Assembly (NCBI GenBank): GCA_963796105.1
Contig: CAWCKJ010000003.1
Span: forward strand, 448,001-512,000
DNA: 64,000 bases
Direction: 5' to 3'
Source of the DNA: a candidate division FCPU426 bacterium
GTDB lineage: Bacteria; Oederibacteriota; Muellerivitia; Muellerivitales; Muellerivitaceae
Position 1 is the stretch's first letter. Each line of letters begins with the position of its first letter. Positions 52,419 to 61,865 of the stretch are shown here, piece by piece. Below the pieces are notes generated by a model, which saw only the letters and a list, made by a program, of their open reading frames with translations, was not told where the DNA came from and did not search any database. A program made the position numbers and the translations under genes.

Positions 52419-54020
52419 AATAAGGCTACCATCTTTTCTATAACCATTCCAAATTATTACATCGTCACGTTGTAAATTATTGTCACTGTTATCTTGAAGA
52501 GTAAAATATGGATTATTTCCAAATTGCGGAGCTCTGAATAATGGTGTTAAAAAGCAATAACTGATAAATTCAGAACAATCCATTTTAGGTGGTTTAGATT
52601 CAACAGTTATAGTTCCATCCGCAAACCCCCCATATGAAGCCCCGTAGGGAAGGCCTAAAATATCCATACCTCTTTTAATAGGATCAATACGGTTTTCTAA
52701 AATAGGCGCATATAATTTTGCACTATTACAAGTAATATCCGTTAAATTAACTGATATGTTTGCTTCCCCTCCGGAAATCATTTTCCCATTTGGATCATTA
52801 TTGTTTATTCCATCATCCTCCCCAAAAATATACTTGTGTAAACTCATCGGGTCTTCCTGATCACCCTCATAACTATCCATCCCCGTAAATCTACCAATAG
52901 CCGGGTTCATGTAACGGGCCCTCAGGCAATAATTCCCAGTCTCCTTGTCCATCCTTTCTCCGTCATATAAATAATCGTTGTTGGTAGTGCCATTGCTGTA
53001 GAGAAGGTTTCCAAAGGCGTCAAACTGGTACGAATCAGTCACATTGCCGTTGGCATCCGTCAGGTTCCTCACGCTGTTCTGGCCGTCCAAACAGTAGTAG
53101 CTGACAACAAACGAAGAACCATTCGAGGCTTCCTGCGATATCAGCATGTGGCCGAAGGTGAACCTCTTCACAACCTGCCCGTTCTGGATTTCAGCGAGGA
53201 CTTGGCTGTAACCAGTTGGGTTCACCGTATCTACCACGTAATCTGTCCTCACGCCGTTCAGGGTTTTGGCGGTCCTGTTCCCGTCTCCATCATACTCATA
53301 AGTTGCGTTGAGGCTCGTACCTGTTACAGAAACAAGGTGGTTTTCGGCGTCGTAGGTGTAACTGTTGTTACTTGGATCGGTCAGTGTGTCTCCGCCATCA
53401 GAGTAGGTGTACCCCGCCGTCAGCCTATCATTGGTGTCATATGCTCCATTGAAGTTTTGGCTAGATATGACGGTCGTTGCCGCCCCAAGATTGCCATTCA
53501 GGTTCAAGCGGTTCCCCACATTGTCGTAGGCGTAGTTCACCTGTCCGGTGGGGTCGGGGATGTTGAGGGAAGTGATGTTTTCACCGGTAAGTCTCATGAG
53601 GTTGTCGTAGGTCCAGTTGATCTTGCGGCTGGTGGCTTCCACCACGTTGGTCCTCGCTCCCGCTCCATTTAATGTGTATCCATATGAGTTTATGGTCACA
53701 GGCGAGTTAGGTCCTGTCACAGTCAGGCTAGTGAGCCGGTTCCTATTGTCATATCCCCAGGTGTGGGTCACCCCGTTGGTGTAGCCCATGGATTGAAGGT
53801 TGTTGGAGTTGTCGTATCCGTAGGCTGTTGTGCCAAGATGATTATCGTTCACATGGATCAACTTGTTGGCCCTGTCGTAGTCGTAAGTAACAGATGGTCC
53901 ATTTGAATCGTTCGACATCTGGATGCTGTTCACGTTCCCCACTGAGTCGTAGCCATATGAAAGGGCGCAGAGGGTCGAGGAAGAAGAAGTATAGGCCGTC
54001 TTGGTGGAGAGACGGTCACA
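52419..54020 (-). pseudogene. RHS/YD-repeat toxin fragment with NlpC/P60-like C-terminus, truncated at both ends
   Basis: YD repeats; YLYDGERMDKETGNYCLRARYMNPAIGRF...DPNG core end; KMDCSEF; cut by IS21 at 52418. Confidence 0.85.
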
Positions 54021-54186
54021 ACGGGCGGATTCCAAGGGAATACCGCCCGAATTAGGAATTTTGAATGTTGAATTAGGAATTGAAGAATCGGCGAGAAAAG
54101 AAAAGGGCTGGGAGAAACCCCAGCCTTGAGTGTGTTTAGGCATATCTAGACACCTTCACATGGATGAAACGCCATTCCCTGCTTGT

Positions 54187-54552
54187 TTATTGGAGCGTCT
54201 TGGCGTTGGCGTCGAGGGCCTGGTTAATTTGGCTCTCCTGATCCGGAGTCATTGCTTTCTTCCCGTTGGCCTTCATGAAGTCCAGTTGTTGCTTACGGAT
54301 GGACTTCACCTTGTCCCGCAAGCCCTTGGCCTGGTCTTTCGTAATTTTCCCTGAGTGCTGGGCCTTGGCGATGTCCCGCATTTGCTCCATCATCTTTATA
54401 TTAATATTCTTCAAAGCGGGGTTAGGCGTCACGACCGCTTTGGGAGCAGAAACAGCCTTGGGTCCTGGTGTCGGCGCGGATGTTGCCGCCTGGGCCAGGC
54501 TTACCCCCATCGTGATCGTCGCCGCCACAGCGATTAAAATTAAACGCTTCAT
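54187..54552 (-). CDS. Small secreted hypothetical protein
   Basis: Signal peptide MKRLILIAVAATITMGVSLAQA; AAGGAGG RBS; helical-looking body. Confidence 0.75.
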   Translation of the reverse strand: MKRLILIAVAATITMGVSLAQAATSAPTPGPKAVSAPKAVVTPNPALKNINIKMMEQMRDIAKAQHSGKITKDQAKGLRDKVKSIRKQQLDFMKANGKKAMTPDQESQINQALDANAKTLQ

Positions 54553-54620
54553 AACTGCCTCCTTAAACTATTATTTTCACGACTCAAATTTCTTATTTAT
54601 ATTCCGGACGTTGAACATTA

Positions 54621-55052
54621 CTACTTAAGATATATTTCTTCTCCCTTAAAAAGTTTGTAAAGTTTATTATTTATATACCAGATTTTATATTTATCAGGAT
54701 AATGACCAACAATATAAAGATTTATTGCACCGCCATTTATCAGAACACCTGATTGGGGGCCAAAACCATTCTCTTCGGATGGATATCTGTTAATAACATT
54801 CCGAATGTATTTGTTGAAAATAAACTCATAATTTTTTCTGAATTGTTTTTTGTTTTTTATATAAACCGTTTTTCCGGCAACATATGTTTTCAAGGGAAAC
54901 CTTATCATTTCGTCAATACTCGCTATATCATTATTAGTAATTGCCAATTTTAAATTTTTCATAAATGAATTTATTGAAACCTCGTTATACTCGGGATCAT
55001 TTGGCACGTAATGCTTTTTCACCCCCCTTGAACATGAAAAAGAAAAATACAT
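54621..55052 (-). CDS. AT-rich hypothetical protein, candidate orphan immunity protein
   Basis: Low-GC ORF in an RHS context; N-terminal FSFSC may be a clipped lipoprotein signal. Confidence 0.5.
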   Translation of the reverse strand: MYFSFSCSRGVKKHYVPNDPEYNEVSINSFMKNLKLAITNNDIASIDEMIRFPLKTYVAGKTVYIKNKKQFRKNYEFIFNKYIRNVINRYPSEENGFGPQSGVLINGGAINLYIVGHYPDKYKIWYINNKLYKLFKGEEIYLK

Positions 55053-55402
55053 TAAGAACGGTATTCCCGCTTGGGTTCCGGGAGCTTGTCCGCCGGGTTG
55101 AATAGGATTTGCTGGGAGGATTCAAGCCACTCAAAAAACCGCTTCAAGGCCCGTATCTTCAAAGCCCCGGTGGAATGGCTGTAGGGCTTCCCGTCCTGCC
55201 TCTTGTCCTGGAAAACGTGTAGCTGGTAAGCCTTGAGGGTTTCCCGGCCTACCCGTTTGATCTCACCAATCCCCTGCTCCCGTAGGAAGTCAAAAAACTC
55301 CCCCAGCCTCACCCGGTAAATGCCCAACGTTGTTGGGGCATAATTCTTGGCCTTCGCATGGGCCAAGAACCCCTCCAACACTTCCGAAAAGTTGTCCTTC
55401 AT
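55052..55402 (-). pseudogene. XerD-like tyrosine recombinase, N-terminal SAM-like domain only
   Basis: FLAHAKAKNYAPTTLGIY...LKRFFEWL...FNPADKLPEPK then stop; GGAGGTGG RBS; no catalytic domain. Confidence 0.8.
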
Positions 55403-56070
55403 GTGTGCCACCTCCAATAGGCTTCCCGCGCCAACCCGCCAAGTACCCCCGCCCTTGGACGCAAACTCCCGGAACCACCGATGGTTTAGCCGTTCGCTTC
55501 TACGCCTCCAAGTACCCACCAACCACCCTTCAAGTCCACCTTGTTACCCTGCCCCCCGTGCCTGCGTCTGTGCTTCACCCAACCCTACCGCACCACAAAA
55601 ACTGATACAGAGGGGGTGGGGGCTGGCGTCGCTCGTTTCATTTGGTGCAGGAAAATCCTAGAAAAAATCCATGTTCGAGCCTTAATCAGATTCAACTTCC
55701 GTGTAAAGCCGTTTTACCTCTCGCTTTACCTTGCGCGTGTCACTGACACTGATACGGATGGGGCCTGGTCGGGCGTCGCTCAATTCACAAAAACCAGATA
55801 ACACAATAACTTTAGGCCCAAAACCAGTTCACCTTGACTGTCCTACCTCCTTCACCTTTCTTTCACCTCCGGTCTGTATAACCACAGGAAAAAATAAGGG
55901 TTTCTTGATACCTCTCACCTCTAACTACTTGATGCAGATCAAGGGGGGTTCGCCATAGCTTTTTCCAGAAACCGGCCATCCACCCCGGCAAAAGGCCCCT
56001 TTTCATGTCCTACTGTAGGACATTTCATTTCCATGGCGCGGAAATGCCATTTCCATGGGACGCAACGCAA

Positions 56071-56225
56071 TCACCCCGCTTCAGGCAGGGCCAACCCATC
56101 CAAAAAGGGCTTCCCGTCCTCTCCGCCCTCCGGGGACACCAGCTCGTAGACGTACTCCTTGCCCTTCTTGCCCGTCACCGAGTACAGGTATTCCAGGTTC
56201 TCCAACTCCCCGATATGGGTCTTTA
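56071..56225 (-). pseudogene. C-terminal remnant of RHS-element-associated DNA primase-like protein
   Basis: IKTHIGELENLEYLYSVTGKKGKEYVYEL...PFLDGL resembles, from memory, the tail of primases found next to XerD pairs and RHS genes; cut by IS21. Confidence 0.55.
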
Positions 56226-56306
56226 TGTAAACGCCGTTCCAAAAGTGTGACGGTCTAGAGGGCAAAAAAGGCGGTCGAAAAGTGTGACGCTCCCCGATTT
56301 TCCGGG

Positions 56307-57866
56307 ATGATGTGGTTCCAGAAAATGGAACTACAGAAACCGGAAGGAAAAGGAGTGTACAAAGACATGGACAAATGGACGAAAATCCGCAAGAAAATCC
56401 TGGTGGAGGGCGTTCCCAAGCGCCAGGTGATGGCAGAAGAAGGCATTCACTGGGAAACCCTCAAGAAAATACTCGCCAATAGTGAGCCTCCAGGTTACCA
56501 AATGAGTCAAGAGAGGCCCCAACCGAAGGTAGGGCCTTTCCTGGGTCGGATCAAGCAAATCCTGGAGGACGACAAGCACGTCCACAAAAAACAGCGCCAC
56601 AGCGCTAAGCGCATTTTTGAACGCCTGAAAGCCGAAGATGGATACACCGGCTGTTATACCCAGGTAAAAAGAGCGGTCCGGGGGATTAAAAAGAGAAATA
56701 GCGAGGTGTTCGTACCTTTGATCCACCGACCCGGCGAGGCGCAGGTGGATTTTGGGCACGCCTTGGTGAAGCTCAACGGTGTGTTGGTCAAACGTCCGTT
56801 TTTTGTAATGGCCTTGCCCTATTCGGATGCCTTTTTCGTACAGATGTTTGAGCGAGAGAGTACGGAGTTTGTGTGGGAAGGCCACATCCGGGCTTTTGAA
56901 TACTTTGGTGGAGTGCCCTGGCGGATCAGTTACGACAACGCCAAAACCCTCGTGACGAAAATTATCGGGGTGCATAAACGGGTGTTGGCACGGAGTTTTC
57001 AGCAGTTGGAAAGCCACTATCTCTTTGATCACCACTTTTGCACGATACGCCGTGGAAATGAAAAAGGTGTCGTGGAAGGCGGGGTGAAATATGTCCGGCT
57101 AAATTTCATGGTGCCAGTGCCGCAAGTGGGAACCCTAGAAGAACTAAACGAACAATTGAAAGTGAAATGCCGCGAGGATCTCGAACGAAAATTGCGCGGC
57201 AAGTTCCTCCCCAAAAAACAGCTTCTTGACGAGGATAAGGCCAAATTCCGGCCTTTGCCGGCCACATCTTTTGACGCCTGTCTGAAGCAGTCCACAACGG
57301 CAACGTCCTCGTCCCTGGTGCGTTTCGACACCAACGACTATTCTGTGCCTTCGGAGTGGGCACACCATCCTGTAGTGGTGAAGGGATACATCGACCGGGT
57401 GGATGTTTTCTACAGGGACAAACGTATTGCGAAGCATGATCGCCTTTGGTGCAAGGAAGGCATATCCTTCAATCCAGTGCATTATTTGGCGATCTTGGAG
57501 GGAAAACCGGGAGCATTTGATCATGCCAGACCCCTGGAAGACTGGAATCTTCCGGAAAGTTTCACCCTTCTGCACCGCCGTATGAAATCCAAGGAAAAGC
57601 TCCACGGCGAGGGAACACGGGAATTCATCAAGACGATGAGGCTTTTGGAAAAACATTCCATGGGCAGGCTCCACCGGGCAGTGAAGAAGGCCGTGGGGAT
57701 GGAAATCTATACCCGAGACGCTGTCGCTCAACTTCTCTACTCCAGGGAAGATTTCAGGCTAACCACCTTCAGCCTTGCCGGTCGTGAGCACTTGCGTCAT
57801 GTTCAGGTGGCCCGGACGGATCTTTCGGCCTACCGCGAACTGATGCCCGTGGGAGGTGAAGCATGA
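56307..57866 (+). CDS. istA: IS21 transposase IstA
   Basis: Protein identical to 50778-52337. Confidence 0.95.
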   Translation: MMWFQKMELQKPEGKGVYKDMDKWTKIRKKILVEGVPKRQVMAEEGIHWETLKKILANSEPPGYQMSQERPQPKVGPFLGRIKQILEDDKHVHKKQRHSAKRIFERLKAEDGYTGCYTQVKRAVRGIKKRNSEVFVPLIHRPGEAQVDFGHALVKLNGVLVKRPFFVMALPYSDAFFVQMFERESTEFVWEGHIRAFEYFGGVPWRISYDNAKTLVTKIIGVHKRVLARSFQQLESHYLFDHHFCTIRRGNEKGVVEGGVKYVRLNFMVPVPQVGTLEELNEQLKVKCREDLERKLRGKFLPKKQLLDEDKAKFRPLPATSFDACLKQSTTATSSSLVRFDTNDYSVPSEWAHHPVVVKGYIDRVDVFYRDKRIAKHDRLWCKEGISFNPVHYLAILEGKPGAFDHARPLEDWNLPESFTLLHRRMKSKEKLHGEGTREFIKTMRLLEKHSMGRLHRAVKKAVGMEIYTRDAVAQLLYSREDFRLTTFSLAGREHLRHVQVARTDLSAYRELMPVGGEA

Positions 57867-58639
57867 GCGAATCAAAAAAGACCCTCTTACTGGAACATCA
57901 TCTCAAAAAACTCAAACTGCCCACGATGCAGCGCGAGTACGACAAGATGGCCCAGCTCTGCCGCACTGAGCGCAGCGACTATCCCCAGTACCTTCTCAAG
58001 CTGGCCGAGTTAGAGCTTCTGGATCGGGAGCGCCGGGCCAAGGAGAGGCGCATCCGGGATGCCGGTTTTCCCGTGCTCAAGACTTTGGACACATTTGATT
58101 TCAAGGCCCAGCCCTCGATCAACCAGGAATTAATCCGGGAACTCATGCGGGGCGAGTACATGGACAAAAAAGAAAACATCCTGCTGATCGGCAACTCCGG
58201 AACGGGTAAAACCCATCTGGCCTCGGCCCTAGCCTTCCAGGCCTGTTGCCAGGGCCGAGCGGTAAAGTTCTTCTCCGTCACCGGCCTAGTGACGGAGCTT
58301 CTGGAGCGCCGGGAGGAGAAACAATTGGCCAAGTTCCACCGTCAGCTAGCCAGGCTCCATCTGATCGTCCTGGATGAACTGGGTTACGTGCCTTTCACCA
58401 AGGCGGGGGCCGAGTTGCTCTTCGAGGTTGTCAGCAAGGCCTACGAGCGGACCAGCCTGCTGGTAACGACCAACCTGCCCTTCGAAAACTGGGTGGAAAT
58501 CATGGGTTCTGAGAGGATGACGGGGGCTCTTATTGACCGTTTGACCCATCGGGTGCATATTCTGGAGGCCAACGGCCAAAGTTATAGATTAACAGAATCG
58601 AAAAAACGGCTAAGGCACAAAGACAAGAAGGAAGGGTAA
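57863..58639 (+). CDS. istB: IS21 helper ATPase IstB
   Basis: Protein identical to 50005-50781. Confidence 0.95.
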   Translation: MSESKKTLLLEHHLKKLKLPTMQREYDKMAQLCRTERSDYPQYLLKLAELELLDRERRAKERRIRDAGFPVLKTLDTFDFKAQPSINQELIRELMRGEYMDKKENILLIGNSGTGKTHLASALAFQACCQGRAVKFFSVTGLVTELLERREEKQLAKFHRQLARLHLIVLDELGYVPFTKAGAELLFEVVSKAYERTSLLVTTNLPFENWVEIMGSERMTGALIDRLTHRVHILEANGQSYRLTESKKRLRHKDKKEG

Positions 58640-58743
58640 AGACTAAAGACAAACCAACGACCATGAACCGTAAGGCTCGTGGAAGGCGGGGGGTGTCACA
58701 CTTTTGGACCGCCCACCGTCACACTTTTCAACCGGCGGGGACA

Positions 58744-58806
58744 GTATCGCCATCAGCCACATATACCTGGGTTTGAGCGTCAACAGCAACTCCCCTTGGG
58801 CTTGAG
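58744..58806 (-). pseudogene. NHL-repeat fragment between two IS elements
   Basis: Translation LKPRGVAVDAQTQVYVADGD fits the NHL consensus P.GVAVD....VYVAD. Confidence 0.6.
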
Positions 58807-58903
58807 TGTAGGGTGTAACAAAAGTCTTTCCATATTTTTTATGTAGCAGCGATGGTAATTCCGCCTCTCAAGCCGGGAAATAAGCCCCGGCAGGAGGGGT
58901 AAA

Positions 58904-60742
58904 ATGGACGAAAACCAGCAGCAATTAGATCAAGCAGAAGCAGTTCCTTCACCTAGCACACCCATTCAAAACAATTCGCAGGACCCAACTTTGACGCCTA
59001 CACGGGTAAAAAAACCTGTGGACAGCCTTGAAAAACGTCTGTTTTGGGTCAAGGAATACTTGAAAAACGGGGGTTCCCAGAGATCTTTTTGTAACACTCA
59101 TGGAATAAATAGTACGACCTTCCATTGCTGGCTAAAGGAGTATCGGACCGAGGGTGAGGAGCAGATGCGCAAGCGGCACAACCAATACCTCGCATCAGGA
59201 CACCACGATGGGCCGTTCAAGCCCGAGGAACGTCGCCAGGCTGTGGAAATGTATATAAAATCCGGGTCGTCAATCCGTGAATTCGCAAAGGTATGGGGCG
59301 TAAGCGAAAACACATTAGAAAGTTGGCATCTGAAGTACCGCACAGGAGGGCCTAAAGCCCTTGAAGGCAGGAAACCTGGTGGCCGACCCCGGCGAAAAGG
59401 AGTGCGGGAACTCATTGAGAAGGTAAAACAGGAAAACCCGGATTTCGGTTTGAGGAAAGTGAAAAATTTTCTAGGCCGAATCGCCGGCGTCAGGGTAAGT
59501 ACCAGCAGTGTCCGTAACGCTCTCAAAGGCAAAGGGTTTCCAAGCGGGAGGATGAAGAGAAGGCGGGAAAAGTCACAACTACCTCGGCGTTTTGAGCGGT
59601 CTCGCGCGGGGGACTTGTGGCAAAGCGACATCACGAGTTTCGTCCTCCCCCGTTACGGGCAACGGGTTTACTTGACTGTGTTCCTGGACGACTACAGTCG
59701 GTACATTGTTTCTTGGAGGCTGGCCTTTCAACAAAAACAAGAAATCGTGGTAGACGCGCTGCTTGCGGGTATAGACCGGTTTGGGCAACCCAAGGAAGTC
59801 CTCACAGACCAAGGGCGGCAGTATTTCGCTTGGCGGGGGAAAGGCGATTTCCAACGGCTCTTGCGTAAAAAAGGTATCCAACATGTGGTTGCGCGTACCC
59901 ATCATCCACAGACAGTTGGAAAGACAGAGCGTTTCTGGGCAACGGTCATGGAAGAATTCTGGGGACGATATCAGCCACAGGATTTAGCCGAGGCAAAAGA
60001 ACGATTAGGACATTTCATCAACCACTACAATCATTTTCGGCCACATCAGGGAATCGATGGAATGGTGCCAGCGGACCGGTTTTTCGGGGTGGAAAATGAG
60101 GTCAGAAAAGCGCTGGAAGCGGCCATGCAAAAGAACGAATTGCGTTTGGCTGTAGGTGAAGAACCAAGGAAGCCGGTATATTTGGTGGGTCAAATTGGGG
60201 ACCAACAAGTGTCCATGCATGGGGAGAAAGGGAAAGTAGTTATCCAGACGCCGGATGGGCGTGTACAAGAACTAGGGTTGAACGGTTTGGGCGTGAAAAT
60301 CCAGGAGGATACCAATGGAAGAGGCCGAGAAGAGCGAAAAGAAGCGGATTTCCAAGGGCCGCATGAAGAGAAAATTCAAGTTTCAAATGAATGTGGCATT
60401 GCCAATGAAGGCCTTGTGGGAAACGGCAAGTCTGGAGGAGAAGGAGAAAGCACACCAAACGGCGGCGGTGATGTTGGAATATTGGATGGGTCGCGTCACG
60501 AAGGAGGAAGCGGCGCAGAAACTGGAAATACCACCGTTGAGAGTGTGGCAATTGTCCCAACAAGCGTTGGCGGGCCTGGCGGCGGGGTTGGTGAAGCAAC
60601 CCAAGGCAGGCAAGAAAAAGATGAGGGAGGCCTTGCCGCCGGAGGAGGACCCGAAGCAACTGAACAAAAAAATCCAGAACCTGGAAAGGGACCTCGATCT
60701 AATGAAAGACCTGGTGAAGCTATTGAGGGAGCTGCCGGGTAA
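58904..60742 (+). CDS. IS481-like DDE transposase with tandem HTH domains and long tail
   Basis: LWQSDIT, FLDDYSRY, VLTDQGRQY, HPQTVGKTERFW, YNHFRPHQGI; AGGAGG RBS. Confidence 0.9.
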   Translation: MDENQQQLDQAEAVPSPSTPIQNNSQDPTLTPTRVKKPVDSLEKRLFWVKEYLKNGGSQRSFCNTHGINSTTFHCWLKEYRTEGEEQMRKRHNQYLASGHHDGPFKPEERRQAVEMYIKSGSSIREFAKVWGVSENTLESWHLKYRTGGPKALEGRKPGGRPRRKGVRELIEKVKQENPDFGLRKVKNFLGRIAGVRVSTSSVRNALKGKGFPSGRMKRRREKSQLPRRFERSRAGDLWQSDITSFVLPRYGQRVYLTVFLDDYSRYIVSWRLAFQQKQEIVVDALLAGIDRFGQPKEVLTDQGRQYFAWRGKGDFQRLLRKKGIQHVVARTHHPQTVGKTERFWATVMEEFWGRYQPQDLAEAKERLGHFINHYNHFRPHQGIDGMVPADRFFGVENEVRKALEAAMQKNELRLAVGEEPRKPVYLVGQIGDQQVSMHGEKGKVVIQTPDGRVQELGLNGLGVKIQEDTNGRGREERKEADFQGPHEEKIQVSNECGIANEGLVGNGKSGGEGESTPNGGGDVGILDGSRHEGGSGAETGNTTVESVAIVPTSVGGPGGGVGEATQGRQEKDEGGLAAGGGPEATEQKNPEPGKGPRSNERPGEAIEGAAG

Positions 60743-60887
60743 TCGGGAAGTGTTAAAAAAAGCGGAGGAGTTGGGAGGGAAAAAAAAGAAGCCCAAGGTG
60801 GTTCGCCCGGCAAGTGGGAACGTTGTTGGAGATGAGAAATTGCCGGGGCCAACGGAGTCTTCTATCCAGCCAACTTCAAGTGAGTGA
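60315..60887 (+). CDS. HTH/coiled-coil protein overlapping the transposase tail
   Basis: AGGAGG RBS before ATG 60315; TKEEAAQKLEIPPLRVWQL HTH-like segment then coiled coil. Confidence 0.65.
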   Translation: MEEAEKSEKKRISKGRMKRKFKFQMNVALPMKALWETASLEEKEKAHQTAAVMLEYWMGRVTKEEAAQKLEIPPLRVWQLSQQALAGLAAGLVKQPKAGKKKMREALPPEEDPKQLNKKIQNLERDLDLMKDLVKLLRELPGNREVLKKAEELGGKKKKPKVVRPASGNVVGDEKLPGPTESSIQPTSSE

Positions 60888-61830
60888 GAGGACGCTGAAT
60901 AATTGGATTCGCGGGGCGCGTAATCAAAAAAGAACGCAGGGACGCCCCGCGTATTCCGCAAGTGCAAGGTATCGGGCCAAGTTGGCAGTGAGGCGTCAAG
61001 TGAGGGATTTCGGTTGGACTACGGGATGGAGATCTATTGCGGACATCCTTCGCGGCAAAGTATCGACGAGGTTGGTGCAGGAAAGTCTGTCCCAAATAAA
61101 GGCTAGACACCGGAAAAAGTTGAGGGAGTTGGCCGAGAAAAACCGGGTGAGCGTAGAGGTGTTGGCAAAAGATGTGATCTGGGCGCAGGACGCGGCCCAC
61201 ATCGGGCGTATTGGAAAAGTAGTGCTACAGGCAGAAGTAATCAAAGATCGAGCGACTTTGGGTTTTAAAGGGCTGACAGTCGGACCCGCCGCTAAAGCGG
61301 AAAATATATTGACCATGTTGGAGCTGCAAAAAAAGAAAACGGGACTGCCTTTGGTTTGGGCGACCGACAATGGTTCGGCCTACAAGAACGAAAAACTGAC
61401 AAACTACCTACAGCGAGAAAAAGTGATTCATCTGCTTTCTCGGCCCCGGACACCGCAAGACAATGGGGCCGCTGAGCGAGGAATCGGCGAATTAAAGGCG
61501 GAATCCGGGCTAGAAAAAGGGGTTGGATTTCGTGCTGTGCGGGAAGTTGTATCGTGCTTAGCGAAAACGTGGCACCTGCTAGATGGCCGACCTAGGGCCA
61601 GCAAAGGCTATCAGAGCGCCCTGCAGCTTGAAAACAGCCTTGTGAAAGGCCCTTCGTTGGTTGATCGGGAGGCTTTCTACCTGGAAGCTTGCAGGAATAT
61701 TAAAAAAGCGGTACAAGGAGGTGGAACACCCAGAGAAAAACGAAAAGCGGAGCGTTTAGCTATTTACGAAACACTAGAGAAAAATCACTTAATTAACATT
61801 CTGAGGGGCGGAAAAAATTGTCGTGCTTAA
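60814..61830 (+). CDS. Second rve/DDE integrase-core protein
   Basis: IWAQDAAH, WATDNGSAY, PRTPQDNGAAERGIGELK; start uncertain. Confidence 0.85.
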   Translation: MGTLLEMRNCRGQRSLLSSQLQVSERTLNNWIRGARNQKRTQGRPAYSASARYRAKLAVRRQVRDFGWTTGWRSIADILRGKVSTRLVQESLSQIKARHRKKLRELAEKNRVSVEVLAKDVIWAQDAAHIGRIGKVVLQAEVIKDRATLGFKGLTVGPAAKAENILTMLELQKKKTGLPLVWATDNGSAYKNEKLTNYLQREKVIHLLSRPRTPQDNGAAERGIGELKAESGLEKGVGFRAVREVVSCLAKTWHLLDGRPRASKGYQSALQLENSLVKGPSLVDREAFYLEACRNIKKAVQGGGTPREKRKAERLAIYETLEKNHLINILRGGKNCRA

Positions 61831-61865
61831 CAGGAAATTCAGGAAGATATTTTGTGAACACTACA

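Larger units (their letters stand above)
56226..58743 (+). mobile_element. IS21-family element, copy 2, inverted relative to copy 1
   Basis: Same ends, length and proteins as 49901-52418; one synonymous GAG/GAA difference seen in istA. Confidence 0.93.
58807..61865 (+). mobile_element. IS481-like element with three ORFs and two DDE domains
   Basis: TGT...ACA ends with imperfect IR: TGTAGGGTGTAACAAAAGTCTTTCC versus reverse complement TGTAGTGTTCACAAAATATCTTCC; no clear TSD. Confidence 0.75.

Noticed and set aside
54021..54143. Annotated N-terminus of the RHS ORF (MPKHTQGW...)
   Set aside because: Reads through non-coding heptamer sequence; RHS similarity starts only near 54020
49901..58743. 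Clean composite transposon with a target duplication
   Set aside because: Outer flanks (TTCAGTG / GTATCGC) do not match, so transposition as a unit is unsupported
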